Source: a virus. Taken from it: a stretch of 64,000 nucleotides of DNA. The translations under genes and the position numbers were made by a program. The DNA lies in the IMG/VR virus record IMGVR_UViG_3300031951_009873, positions 1 to 64,000 of that record; one strand, given 5' to 3'. The notes beneath the pieces are model-generated. The model saw only the letters and a list, made by a program, of their open reading frames with translations, was not told where the DNA came from and ran no database searches. This document shows positions 56,505 through 64,000 of this stretch, piece by piece; the stretch's first letter is position 1; each line of letters opens with the position of its first letter.

Positions 56505-57257
56505 ATGGCAGAATACAATTTCCCGACAGAAACGATAGACCTTCCAAGTGGTGGGAAGTTCTATTCTGAGGGGAGTCCGTTACGAAGTGGAAAAGTCGAT
56601 GTCAAGTATATGACCGCTAAGGAAGAAGATATCTTGACCTCGACCAATTTGATTCAAAAGGGTGTGGTCATTGACAAATTGATGGAAAGTTTGATTGTCA
56701 CACCAGGCGTCAAACCAGATGATTTATTGATTGGGGATTTAAATGCAGTAATGGTTGCCGCTCGTATTTTAGCATACGGGAAGGAGTATCCAATTCAGTT
56801 GGTCTGTGGTACCTGCGTAACCAAGGTTGACCATAACGTTGACTTATCGAAGTTGGAAACCATTACCCCAGATATACCAGCAGAAAACAGTGAGTATCAA
56901 GTCACTTTACCAACTGGTGTTGTAATTACATTTAAGTTATTGACTCGCGGTGATGAAAAGGATATTCAAGCAGAAGTTGAAGGAATGAAGAAGTTTAACA
57001 AGTCAATTGAAGGAGATTCCACTACCCGATTGAAGTATATGATTACTTCGGTTAATGGAAACAGTGACCGTAAAGTAGTTCGAGAATTTGTTGATGCAAT
57101 GATTATTCGTGATGTACGAGCATTTCGTGAACACTATAAGAAGGTTTCTCCAGATGTCAACTTTGATTTAGATATACAATGTTCTAACTGCGACGGTACA
57201 ATTAAAGCGAGGATGCCCTTTGGGGCAAACTTTTTTTGGCCTGACTTCGGAACATAA
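56505..57257 (+). CDS. T4 gp26-like baseplate hub/tail assembly chaperone
   Basis: TE.IDLPS.G.FY, MTAKEEDILTS, GD..A..V.ARI..YG..Y, two CxxC, terminal FFWP; directly upstream of tape measure. Confidence 0.8.
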   Translation: MAEYNFPTETIDLPSGGKFYSEGSPLRSGKVDVKYMTAKEEDILTSTNLIQKGVVIDKLMESLIVTPGVKPDDLLIGDLNAVMVAARILAYGKEYPIQLVCGTCVTKVDHNVDLSKLETITPDIPAENSEYQVTLPTGVVITFKLLTRGDEKDIQAEVEGMKKFNKSIEGDSTTRLKYMITSVNGNSDRKVVREFVDAMIIRDVRAFREHYKKVSPDVNFDLDIQCSNCDGTIKARMPFGANFFWPDFGT

Positions 57258-57441
57258 GGTCGATATCCACAAGACGTTGTTTACAATGGCGTATTATAGT
57301 AATGGAGCGTTTGATTTCCAACAAGTGTATAATATGCCGGTCTATTTACGAACCTTCCATATGAAACAATTGGAAGATGCAAAAACCAAAGAAGCAGAAG
57401 CGGTAAAGTCGGCACAAAAAAGTAGACCTTCAAAGAGATAG
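57220..57441 (+). CDS. Tail assembly chaperone C-terminal extension (GT-like), probably made by frameshift
   Basis: FFGLT...H..LF.M.YY..G.F....VYNMP.YLR.F; only a TTG start or an RBS-less ATG (57286). Confidence 0.65.
   Translation: MGQTFFGLTSEHKVDIHKTLFTMAYYSNGAFDFQQVYNMPVYLRTFHMKQLEDAKTKEAEAVKSAQKSRPSKR
57228..57240 (+). other. Putative programmed ribosomal frameshift site AAC TTT TTT TGG C (+1/-2)
   Basis: T7 run joins the chaperone frame to the overlapping +1 ORF; position matches G/GT chaperone frameshifts before tape measure genes. Confidence 0.6.
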
Positions 57442-57444
57442 CAC

Positions 57445-59151
57445 ATGGAAGAAGATTTTGAACAAGGTAGTTCTGCTATACAAAAATTAACAGACAGTAT
57501 TCTTGCACTGATGAACGCAAATAAGGAAGCTGAACAAGCTGCATTAGACCGTGCCAAAGAAGATAAAGAAGCCTCAGAAAGAAAAAAGAAAGAAAAAGAA
57601 GTTGATGATAAGTCTAAAGCTACTAAAAAAGAGTTAATTGAAGCAACTAAACGATTGGGATCAGAGTTTCTAAAAATCGGTGAAGCTGGTATTAAGTTTG
57701 CATCCACAATAGGAACCAGCGCAACCCGTGGTATAGAATTAGAATTCCGAAACAGAGCAGCGGTTGTCGCCCAAATATTAAAGTTGGATGCAGACCGAGC
57801 AGTATCTCTTGCACAACAACAAGCAGCTCAACAAGCACTGACCGATACCTTTATCAGTACCCGTGAAGGATTTCAACTTAGTGCAGACGGTACTAAAGCA
57901 TTCGCTGCAAATCTTAAGGGTGGGTTCAAATCAGAATTCCAACTTACCAATGAATCTCTTCGTGCCTTAGTTACCACGGGAATGGCAACGGAAGCACAAT
58001 TTGAAAACTTCCGTAAAGCAAGTGGTCGAGCAAGTCTATCCTCTGGTCAATTCGCCAATATTGTTAACAAGAATACATTATCATTCTTATTATATGGACC
58101 TAAGTTCGCAAAAGCAGCTACCGATGCAGAACGCTTAGGAATTAGTTTAGCAGGAGTTCAAGCCGCTCAAGAAGGATTGGTCACCAATCTTGATGGTACG
58201 ATTGATACCGTTGCACAACTTAATCAGCTTGGAGCACAAGTAGATTTTGGTACATTAGTCAGAGTTGCTGAACAAGAAGGACCAGATGCGTTGATGGCAT
58301 ATGCTAGAGCAACCATTCCAGCAAATCTCCTACAAAGTACCAGTACTCGTGCGCTCTTCAAACAATTAGGTATTTCCGCTGAAGATTTCTTAAAAGCTGG
58401 AGGTCAACAAAAGAGTGCAGCAGAATCTATTGAAGAACAAATGACAGAAGCAGCAAAGAAAACTAATAACTTTGGTGCAACACTAGTAGCGATTGGTACT
58501 AGAGCCTTTAGTCTATTGACTACCACATTTGGAGGAGTTGCTATTGCTGGATTCGCAGCAGCTAAAGCACTGTTGGCAGTGGCTCGCTCTGGTGGATTAA
58601 GTTCACTTGGTAGGTCTATGGGTTTCGTTTCTCCTATGGGTGGACTAGGAAGAGTTGGAGCTATGTATAGAGCTACTGGGATGTTGGGCACCTTAGGTGC
58701 AGCCGGTGTTGGTATAGGTGGTGGAGCAATGCTAGGAAATGCTTTGGGGGGAACCACAACAGGTAGTACTATTGGTTCATTAATCGGTACAGGTCTTGGT
58801 GCATTCTTTGGTCCAGCAGGTATGATGGTTGGTGGTGCATTAGGTGGAGCAGTAGGAGGATATTTAACTAAAGCAAACGACATGTTCTCCGCTGGGTATG
58901 GTAAACGAATGTTGGTCACCCCAACCGGCGCATTTGCAATGAATAACGCAGATGATATTATCGCCGGTACTAATCTTTTCCCGAAGGGATCACTAAACGC
59001 TGGTTCCAATAACTCTGATTTGGTTCTCAAGGTTGATAGTCTTATTACCGCATTATCGAACGCAACTACGACAATTAATGTTGGTGGTAGTACACAAACG
59101 GTTCCTCGTATGCAATTGGTTGGTGTGTACTCTCGTAACGAAGTGAGATAA
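57445..59151 (+). CDS. Tape measure-like protein
   Basis: Ala/Gln-rich helical body, Gly-rich hydrophobic stretch, C-terminal ND....GYG.R.L..P.G...N..D.I.AGTNL; follows the chaperone. Confidence 0.7.
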   Translation: MEEDFEQGSSAIQKLTDSILALMNANKEAEQAALDRAKEDKEASERKKKEKEVDDKSKATKKELIEATKRLGSEFLKIGEAGIKFASTIGTSATRGIELEFRNRAAVVAQILKLDADRAVSLAQQQAAQQALTDTFISTREGFQLSADGTKAFAANLKGGFKSEFQLTNESLRALVTTGMATEAQFENFRKASGRASLSSGQFANIVNKNTLSFLLYGPKFAKAATDAERLGISLAGVQAAQEGLVTNLDGTIDTVAQLNQLGAQVDFGTLVRVAEQEGPDALMAYARATIPANLLQSTSTRALFKQLGISAEDFLKAGGQQKSAAESIEEQMTEAAKKTNNFGATLVAIGTRAFSLLTTTFGGVAIAGFAAAKALLAVARSGGLSSLGRSMGFVSPMGGLGRVGAMYRATGMLGTLGAAGVGIGGGAMLGNALGGTTTGSTIGSLIGTGLGAFFGPAGMMVGGALGGAVGGYLTKANDMFSAGYGKRMLVTPTGAFAMNNADDIIAGTNLFPKGSLNAGSNNSDLVLKVDSLITALSNATTTINVGGSTQTVPRMQLVGVYSRNEVR

Positions 59152-59154
59152 TCT

Positions 59155-60948
59155 ATGGCAACCTTAGCAGACCTATTTAACGAAAAATCTCAGGACATCT
59201 ATAAAAGATTTTCTCCAAGTTCTGACCAGTTCGTAAGAGTCAAACCAGATACCGAAGGAGTCTTTGGTAGTCGTAGTCGTATCAAGAATGACAATCGTTC
59301 GGTCCCTACTATATCTGTACTGCGTGACACTCAACGAGTCAGTAAATTTTTGGCGTCTGCCGAGGGTGTGTTATTTTTAACTAAGCAGGCTTTACTACAA
59401 ACTGGAAATACTTTCGTTAATACAAAACTGTACAATCCAGCATCTCCATTATTAAATGTTGTGCCGTTCTTACATACTAGACGACACATACCAACACAAG
59501 AAGTCACCGGAGCTGCATCTGGACTACTACAGAATACTACAGTAAATAATGTAACTAGTAAGTTTATTATTAGTGGTCAACTTCAAGCATTGTCTACTGG
59601 CGGCCGCGGATTACTACCTACGATTGGAAGTATAGCAAAAACTTATGTAGCAACACAATTAAAAAACGCAGCTAATACCATAGTCCCCTTACCACAGACT
59701 TTCTTAGGTTCTAGACCAGAATATAAAGTATTTACCGATGCAATTGGACCTATGGTGTTCGCTCCTCAACCGTTAGAACAACGAGGTAAAGTATTAACCA
59801 GTTTAACTGCTAATGTTAAAGATGTGGTGGTATCAGCCGCGCGTAAAAAAATAGTATCTGTTGCTACTGCAGCGTTAAATCGTGCATTACCAAAATCATT
59901 AAGAAATAATATTCCTTTACCAATACCACTTTCAAGCGAACCACAAAAAATCCCCACATTTGTAAAGGCTGCCAAGGACTTTAGAAAAAACTTTTATGAT
60001 AGACAACTAAGAAAATTTAGAGGAGACTCTACAAATAGTAGACTAAAAAACAAATATTTTTATGAAAGTGATAATGGTTTTGCTGATACGGACGAAAATC
60101 CAAGTACCAAAACATTTGGTACTGCAAAACCTACATCATATTATCCAACTGATAACGGTTTAAAATCAACATTAAAAGACCCATATAATATTGCTCCATT
60201 CGTACCTGCCTCTGAAGAAAATACCATTAGTTACAGAAAAATAATAAAAGAGCAAGATAAAAATACAGATATTATACGATTTATATTTTCTGATGTAGAT
60301 GGTAACAATCCCGTATACTTTCGTGCATTACTATCATCTATTAAAGAGTCAATCAAGCCTGAATTCAATGAACAACGATATGTCGGTCGTACCGAACGAT
60401 TTGTAACTTATGGTGGTGTAAAGCGTGGTGTGAATTTAACATTCAATATCGTGGCGTTTTCACCAGACGAACGAGATGGTATGTGGACCAAAGTAAATTA
60501 TCTATCCGGTTTAACTTTTCCAAAAGAAATAAAAAATGGATTTATGGTTCCGCCTTTGTTTAAAATTACTATCGGTGGTATTTACGATAACCAACCATGT
60601 TATATTGAATCTTTAGACTATGATTTCTTGGATGAAAGTATTACATTTGATATTGATAAAGAAGTACCATTTGCAATTAATGTTACAATGCAACTGAGTA
60701 TTCTTGAAAAACGTAGTAAATTCTCAGACAGTCCATTCTATAAGATTACAGAAGATGCTAGTAAACTAGGGATAGAACGATTGGGGTCTGCCGCCACTAC
60801 AACTGCTATAGCTGCACGACCAAATACCGCAGTGGCCCCACCTAAAAGTTTGGGTTCGTTGATTACTCCAACTAAGTTTCCTACCACTGGACCGACTACT
60901 GGAGAAGGGTTTGTATTACTAGATGAAAGTGGTCAACCTATTCCTTAA
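59155..60948 (+). CDS. Baseplate/tail-tube initiator-like protein
   Basis: C-terminal FRA....E...PE....YVGR.E...Y....R...L.F.I.A, K.NYL.GL.FP, PP..K.TIG, PCYI.SL tube-like fold. Confidence 0.65.
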   Translation: MATLADLFNEKSQDIYKRFSPSSDQFVRVKPDTEGVFGSRSRIKNDNRSVPTISVLRDTQRVSKFLASAEGVLFLTKQALLQTGNTFVNTKLYNPASPLLNVVPFLHTRRHIPTQEVTGAASGLLQNTTVNNVTSKFIISGQLQALSTGGRGLLPTIGSIAKTYVATQLKNAANTIVPLPQTFLGSRPEYKVFTDAIGPMVFAPQPLEQRGKVLTSLTANVKDVVVSAARKKIVSVATAALNRALPKSLRNNIPLPIPLSSEPQKIPTFVKAAKDFRKNFYDRQLRKFRGDSTNSRLKNKYFYESDNGFADTDENPSTKTFGTAKPTSYYPTDNGLKSTLKDPYNIAPFVPASEENTISYRKIIKEQDKNTDIIRFIFSDVDGNNPVYFRALLSSIKESIKPEFNEQRYVGRTERFVTYGGVKRGVNLTFNIVAFSPDERDGMWTKVNYLSGLTFPKEIKNGFMVPPLFKITIGGIYDNQPCYIESLDYDFLDESITFDIDKEVPFAINVTMQLSILEKRSKFSDSPFYKITEDASKLGIERLGSAATTTAIAARPNTAVAPPKSLGSLITPTKFPTTGPTTGEGFVLLDESGQPIP

Positions 60949-60960
60949 CTAGACTCATAT

Positions 60961-61218
60961 ATGGAACGATATACTACACCATTAGAAACAGATACTACTA
61001 AAAAGATTCCATACTATAAGACGGTGTTACCAACCTCAATTCCGTCTGAAGATATTCCATTCTATTATGTCGTTCAAGACGGTGATAGATTGGATACTTT
61101 ATCTTATAAGTTTTACAACACCACAGAAAATTGGTGGATGTTGGCAAAGGCTAATAACTTAGCAAACGGTAGTATGGCAGTACCTATTGGTACCAGACTT
61201 TTTATTCCAAATATCTAA
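60961..61218 (+). CDS. LysM/tail X-like baseplate wedge protein
   Basis: GDRLD.LSY.FY....WW..A.AN...G.RL.IP. Confidence 0.8.
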   Translation: MERYTTPLETDTTKKIPYYKTVLPTSIPSEDIPFYYVVQDGDRLDTLSYKFYNTTENWWMLAKANNLANGSMAVPIGTRLFIPNI

Positions 61219-61219
61219 T

Positions 61220-64000
61220 ATGGCACAAGTTAATGATGCACCGTGGAGTGCTGCGTTTATCGTTTGGGTGGTAAATGAAGCAGCAAGAAAAGAAGGTGTA
61301 ACCGGACTTACATTCCCAACTGGACCAAACTTTGTTGCTCACGTTGAATACGCTAATGCAATTCGTCGTGGAGGATTTCCATGGAAAGCCCTCAAACCAA
61401 CAAACTTTGGTGTACCTATTAAATTACAACCTGGCGACATCGTAGTAATCAATCGTGCGAACAACAATTTAACATTTGATGGGTGGGATAGAACTACTGG
61501 ATGGGGCGGGTTTAGTCATGGAGATGTTGTAATAGAAGATAACGACGGTCCAGGTTTTACAATAATTGGTGGTAACTTAAGCAATAGAGTACGGTCTGAC
61601 ACTAAATACGGACTAGGAAAAGCATTCGTTGTACTGCGGCCAAATAATATAGCACACGGTAATATTATACGAGATGTTGCGAAAGCAGAATTAAAACTTT
61701 GGGAAGATAACAAATGGATAAGTGAAAACCAAGCAGGCGCTCGTGAACGTGTAGCATTATATTGGAACACTTCCGGATTACCATACATCCCATCTTCTGC
61801 GTTTACTAACCCAGGAGGAGTAACCCCACGACAAGCACCAGAGTCACCAGCCGCTATCTCACCATTTATTGAATCACTTGAATCATTTCATCCAAATATT
61901 CAATACGAACTAACACGGCGCAGAGTATCGGCAGAAACGGCGAATACATATATGCCGTTTGTCAAACTAACATCGTTGTCAAGAGTATTGCCCGACAATT
62001 TACCAGACGGACAAACTTCGGCATACTGCCCTTCACTTGGTATACATGGTCAAGATAATATATCTTTCGATGATATTTACCTACCAAAAAGTAATAAAAG
62101 TATTATAGGATACGCAAGAGCTGGTGCTAATGGGGAAACTACCGTACCCGTGGTTGTGTCTGATTCAACAAGAGATGCAGCAAATATTCCTATACCTGGA
62201 ATTACTCAATTCACTGTTGAGCGCAGTACTGCGGGTCCAATGGGAGTACGTGGTGGATTGGTAAAAGCTGATTTAAAAATAGTTGCATATTCTATTGGAC
62301 AAGTAGATACACTACTTAGATATTATTTACGCCCTGCTACTAGATTAGTTCTTGAAGTAGGTAGAATGTCGGCTAATCAAAAAGAAAAACAAATAAAACA
62401 GTTTGACTGGAATTTACCAGAATCATTCATTAGTGATTACTTCAGTAAATTTATTAAAAGTCAGCGTCTACAAAACGCCTTTATCAAAGAATATATTTAC
62501 AACAATAATGGTAATTATGAAGCCTTTATTACTTATGTAGTGAAATTTAATCTTAAGTATAATAAAAACAATACTTTTGAAATAGACTTAACATTACACT
62601 CGGTTCAACAATTTGAAGTAACAACAAAACACACCGCGGTACAATCTAGTTGCCCAAGTCCAACGAAGGCATGCGATGTAATGGACATTCAAGAGTATTT
62701 TAATGGTGCATATGATTGGAAAAACAATTCGTTTAGTAAACTGATGTCACGATATCAAAATGATATAGATTGGGGTGCTCAAATTGTACCAATAAAAAAT
62801 AAAGATACTAATGAAGTTGGTGCGCAAAGTACTCAGGCGGGAACTAGAGAAAATGAGTATTATGTATCGTGGACATTTTTTGTAGAAAAAATATTAAACG
62901 ATAGAGAATACGGTATTGCTGCTATGTTGGGAGATAGTACATCTGTGGGAGCACTATCAGACTTAGCATTATTACGACCTGTAGCAAATCCAACTGGATC
63001 GTTTGAATCTGGACTAATTTCAAATCAATGTGGATACCATCCAAATTTAAGATCGGTAAACCCAGGCGTAATGATTATTTACAATCCAGAAGCACAAATA
63101 AGATATGAAAAATCAAAAGATAAAGGCATATTTGAAAGTGTTAAAAATGCGGCCGCATCCGGCTCAAAAGAAGTAAGCGATGCGTTAAAAGTTAGTTCCT
63201 TAGCACAACAAATCAGTGGGTCATCTGTCCCATTTACCAACACACTAAATAAAGTAAATACTGTAGCGGGTGCAAGTTCATTAACAAATGGTGTGTGGTT
63301 AAATACCCAAGCAATTAAGCAAGCATTTACATCCACCGATACAATTTCATCCGCAATAAGTTCATTGTTAAGTATGATGAATTCGGCAACAGAAGGTTAC
63401 TGGAATCTTCAATTATACTCTACTGATGTGAAGAACCCAGGCCTCCATGTGATTGATATGGGACTGTCGAAAGAACCAAAATTACTTTCCAAGCCTTCAC
63501 TTGGTATTGATAGAGAAGAAGCAGAAACAAGTAATATTCTGAATAGTATTACTGGTATAACTCCCGCTCGTTATCGCGGTGACAAAGAAGATGAACCTAA
63601 ATACATCTACATGTTTAATCGAGGTACAAAATTATTTGACGATGGGGAACTTGGTAGTGAATTAATTGACTTAAATGTAGAATTTAATTTACCACAAGTA
63701 ATCGCAGTACAAGCTATTGCTAACATTGGTGGCCCTGCACAAAAACCACTGTTGTCATCTATTAATGTAAAAGAATTACAAGAAATTAGTCTTATCAAAG
63801 GATTATATACATCATGTGGTGATTCGGCAGACGATGCTAGCTGCGAAAGTGACGAAATAAGAAAGCTCCGTGCACAAATAAGCGAAGCTGAAAGTGCCAA
63901 TCAACGTGCACAGGGGCTTCGAGCCCCTAGTATATTCGCGGGAGATGTTAGTACTCAACTTGCGTTAGCAATAAATCGTGATATAGCATCAACAAATCTT
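61220..64000 (+). CDS. Baseplate hub-like protein with N-terminal DUF2272/CHAP-like domain (3'-truncated by window; not in ORF track)
   Basis: Manual translation MAQVNDAPWSAAFIVW...PGDIVV.NR...SHGDVV...IGGNLS; later PIPGITQFTV...G...LLRYYLRPATRLVLEVG hub motif; frame appears open to 64000. Confidence 0.75.
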   Translation, partial: MAQVNDAPWSAAFIVWVVNEAARKEGVTGLTFPTGPNFVAHVEYANAIRRGGFPWKALKPTNFGVPIKLQPGDIVVINRANNNLTFDGWDRTTGWGGFSHGDVVIEDNDGPGFTIIGGNLSNRVRSDTKYGLGKAFVVLRPNNIAHGNIIRDVAKAELKLWEDNKWISENQAGARERVALYWNTSGLPYIPSSAFTNPGGVTPRQAPESPAAISPFIESLESFHPNIQYELTRRRVSAETANTYMPFVKLTSLSRVLPDNLPDGQTSAYCPSLGIHGQDNISFDDIYLPKSNKSIIGYARAGANGETTVPVVVSDSTRDAANIPIPGITQFTVERSTAGPMGVRGGLVKADLKIVAYSIGQVDTLLRYYLRPATRLVLEVGRMSANQKEKQIKQFDWNLPESFISDYFSKFIKSQRLQNAFIKEYIYNNNGNYEAFITYVVKFNLKYNKNNTFEIDLTLHSVQQFEVTTKHTAVQSSCPSPTKACDVMDIQEYFNGAYDWKNNSFSKLMSRYQNDIDWGAQIVPIKNKDTNEVGAQSTQAGTRENEYYVSWTFFVEKILNDREYGIAAMLGDSTSVGALSDLALLRPVANPTGSFESGLISNQCGYHPNLRSVNPGVMIIYNPEAQIRYEKSKDKGIFESVKNAAASGSKEVSDALKVSSLAQQISGSSVPFTNTLNKVNTVAGASSLTNGVWLNTQAIKQAFTSTDTISSAISSLLSMMNSATEGYWNLQLYSTDVKNPGLHVIDMGLSKEPKLLSKPSLGIDREEAETSNILNSITGITPARYRGDKEDEPKYIYMFNRGTKLFDDGELGSELIDLNVEFNLPQVIAVQAIANIGGPAQKPLLSSINVKELQEISLIKGLYTSCGDSADDASCESDEIRKLRAQISEAESANQRAQGLRAPSIFAGDVSTQLALAINRDIASTNL

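Noticed and set aside
1-64000. Stop-codon reassignment, tRNA/rRNA genes, introns/inteins, integrase or transposase
   Set aside because: Standard-code ORFs tile the window densely and end in TAA, TAG and TGA; intergenic gaps are too short for RNA genes; no such motifs recognised

Overview
The window is a 64-kb segment of a large (jumbo-type) myovirus genome. All credible genes are on the + strand, and I see no host housekeeping genes, rRNA, tRNA, CRISPR array or integrase. Layout: (i) 1-11.6 kb: end of a tail-tube-like gene with an intrinsic terminator, then virion fibre genes. Two of these carry six long proline-free Gly-X-Y tracts made almost only of Gly/Ser/Thr/Ala, and one ends in a Peptidase S74 chaperone. 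(ii) 11.7-51.5 kb: an uninterrupted island of about 45 biosynthetic/modifying genes. It encodes nucleotide-sugar SDRs, RmlC, a split ThDP-dependent E1 alpha/beta pair, a DegT aminotransferase, an amidinotransferase, a carbamoyltransferase, 3 radical SAM enzymes, 2 Fe/2OG oxygenases, 5 GT10-like domains, 10 SGNH-like domains, 2 sulfotransferase-like and 2 QueC/PP-loop proteins, an APS kinase-nucleotidyltransferase fusion, a TagD-like cytidylyltransferase and a subtilisin. (iii) 51.5-64 kb: small structural proteins, an SNF2 helicase, a tail-assembly chaperone with a probable +1/-2 frameshift, tape measure, baseplate proteins and a hub whose DUF2272/CHAP-like domain appears circularly permuted. 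Best candidate for an undescribed system (inference): a phage-encoded pathway that builds a heavily decorated glycan and attaches it to the Ser/Thr collagen-like virion fibres encoded directly upstream. Consensus TTGACA-N17-TATAAT promoters and GGAG ribosome-binding sites suggest a host with canonical sigma70 signals. All product calls are by motif recognition only; no searches were run.
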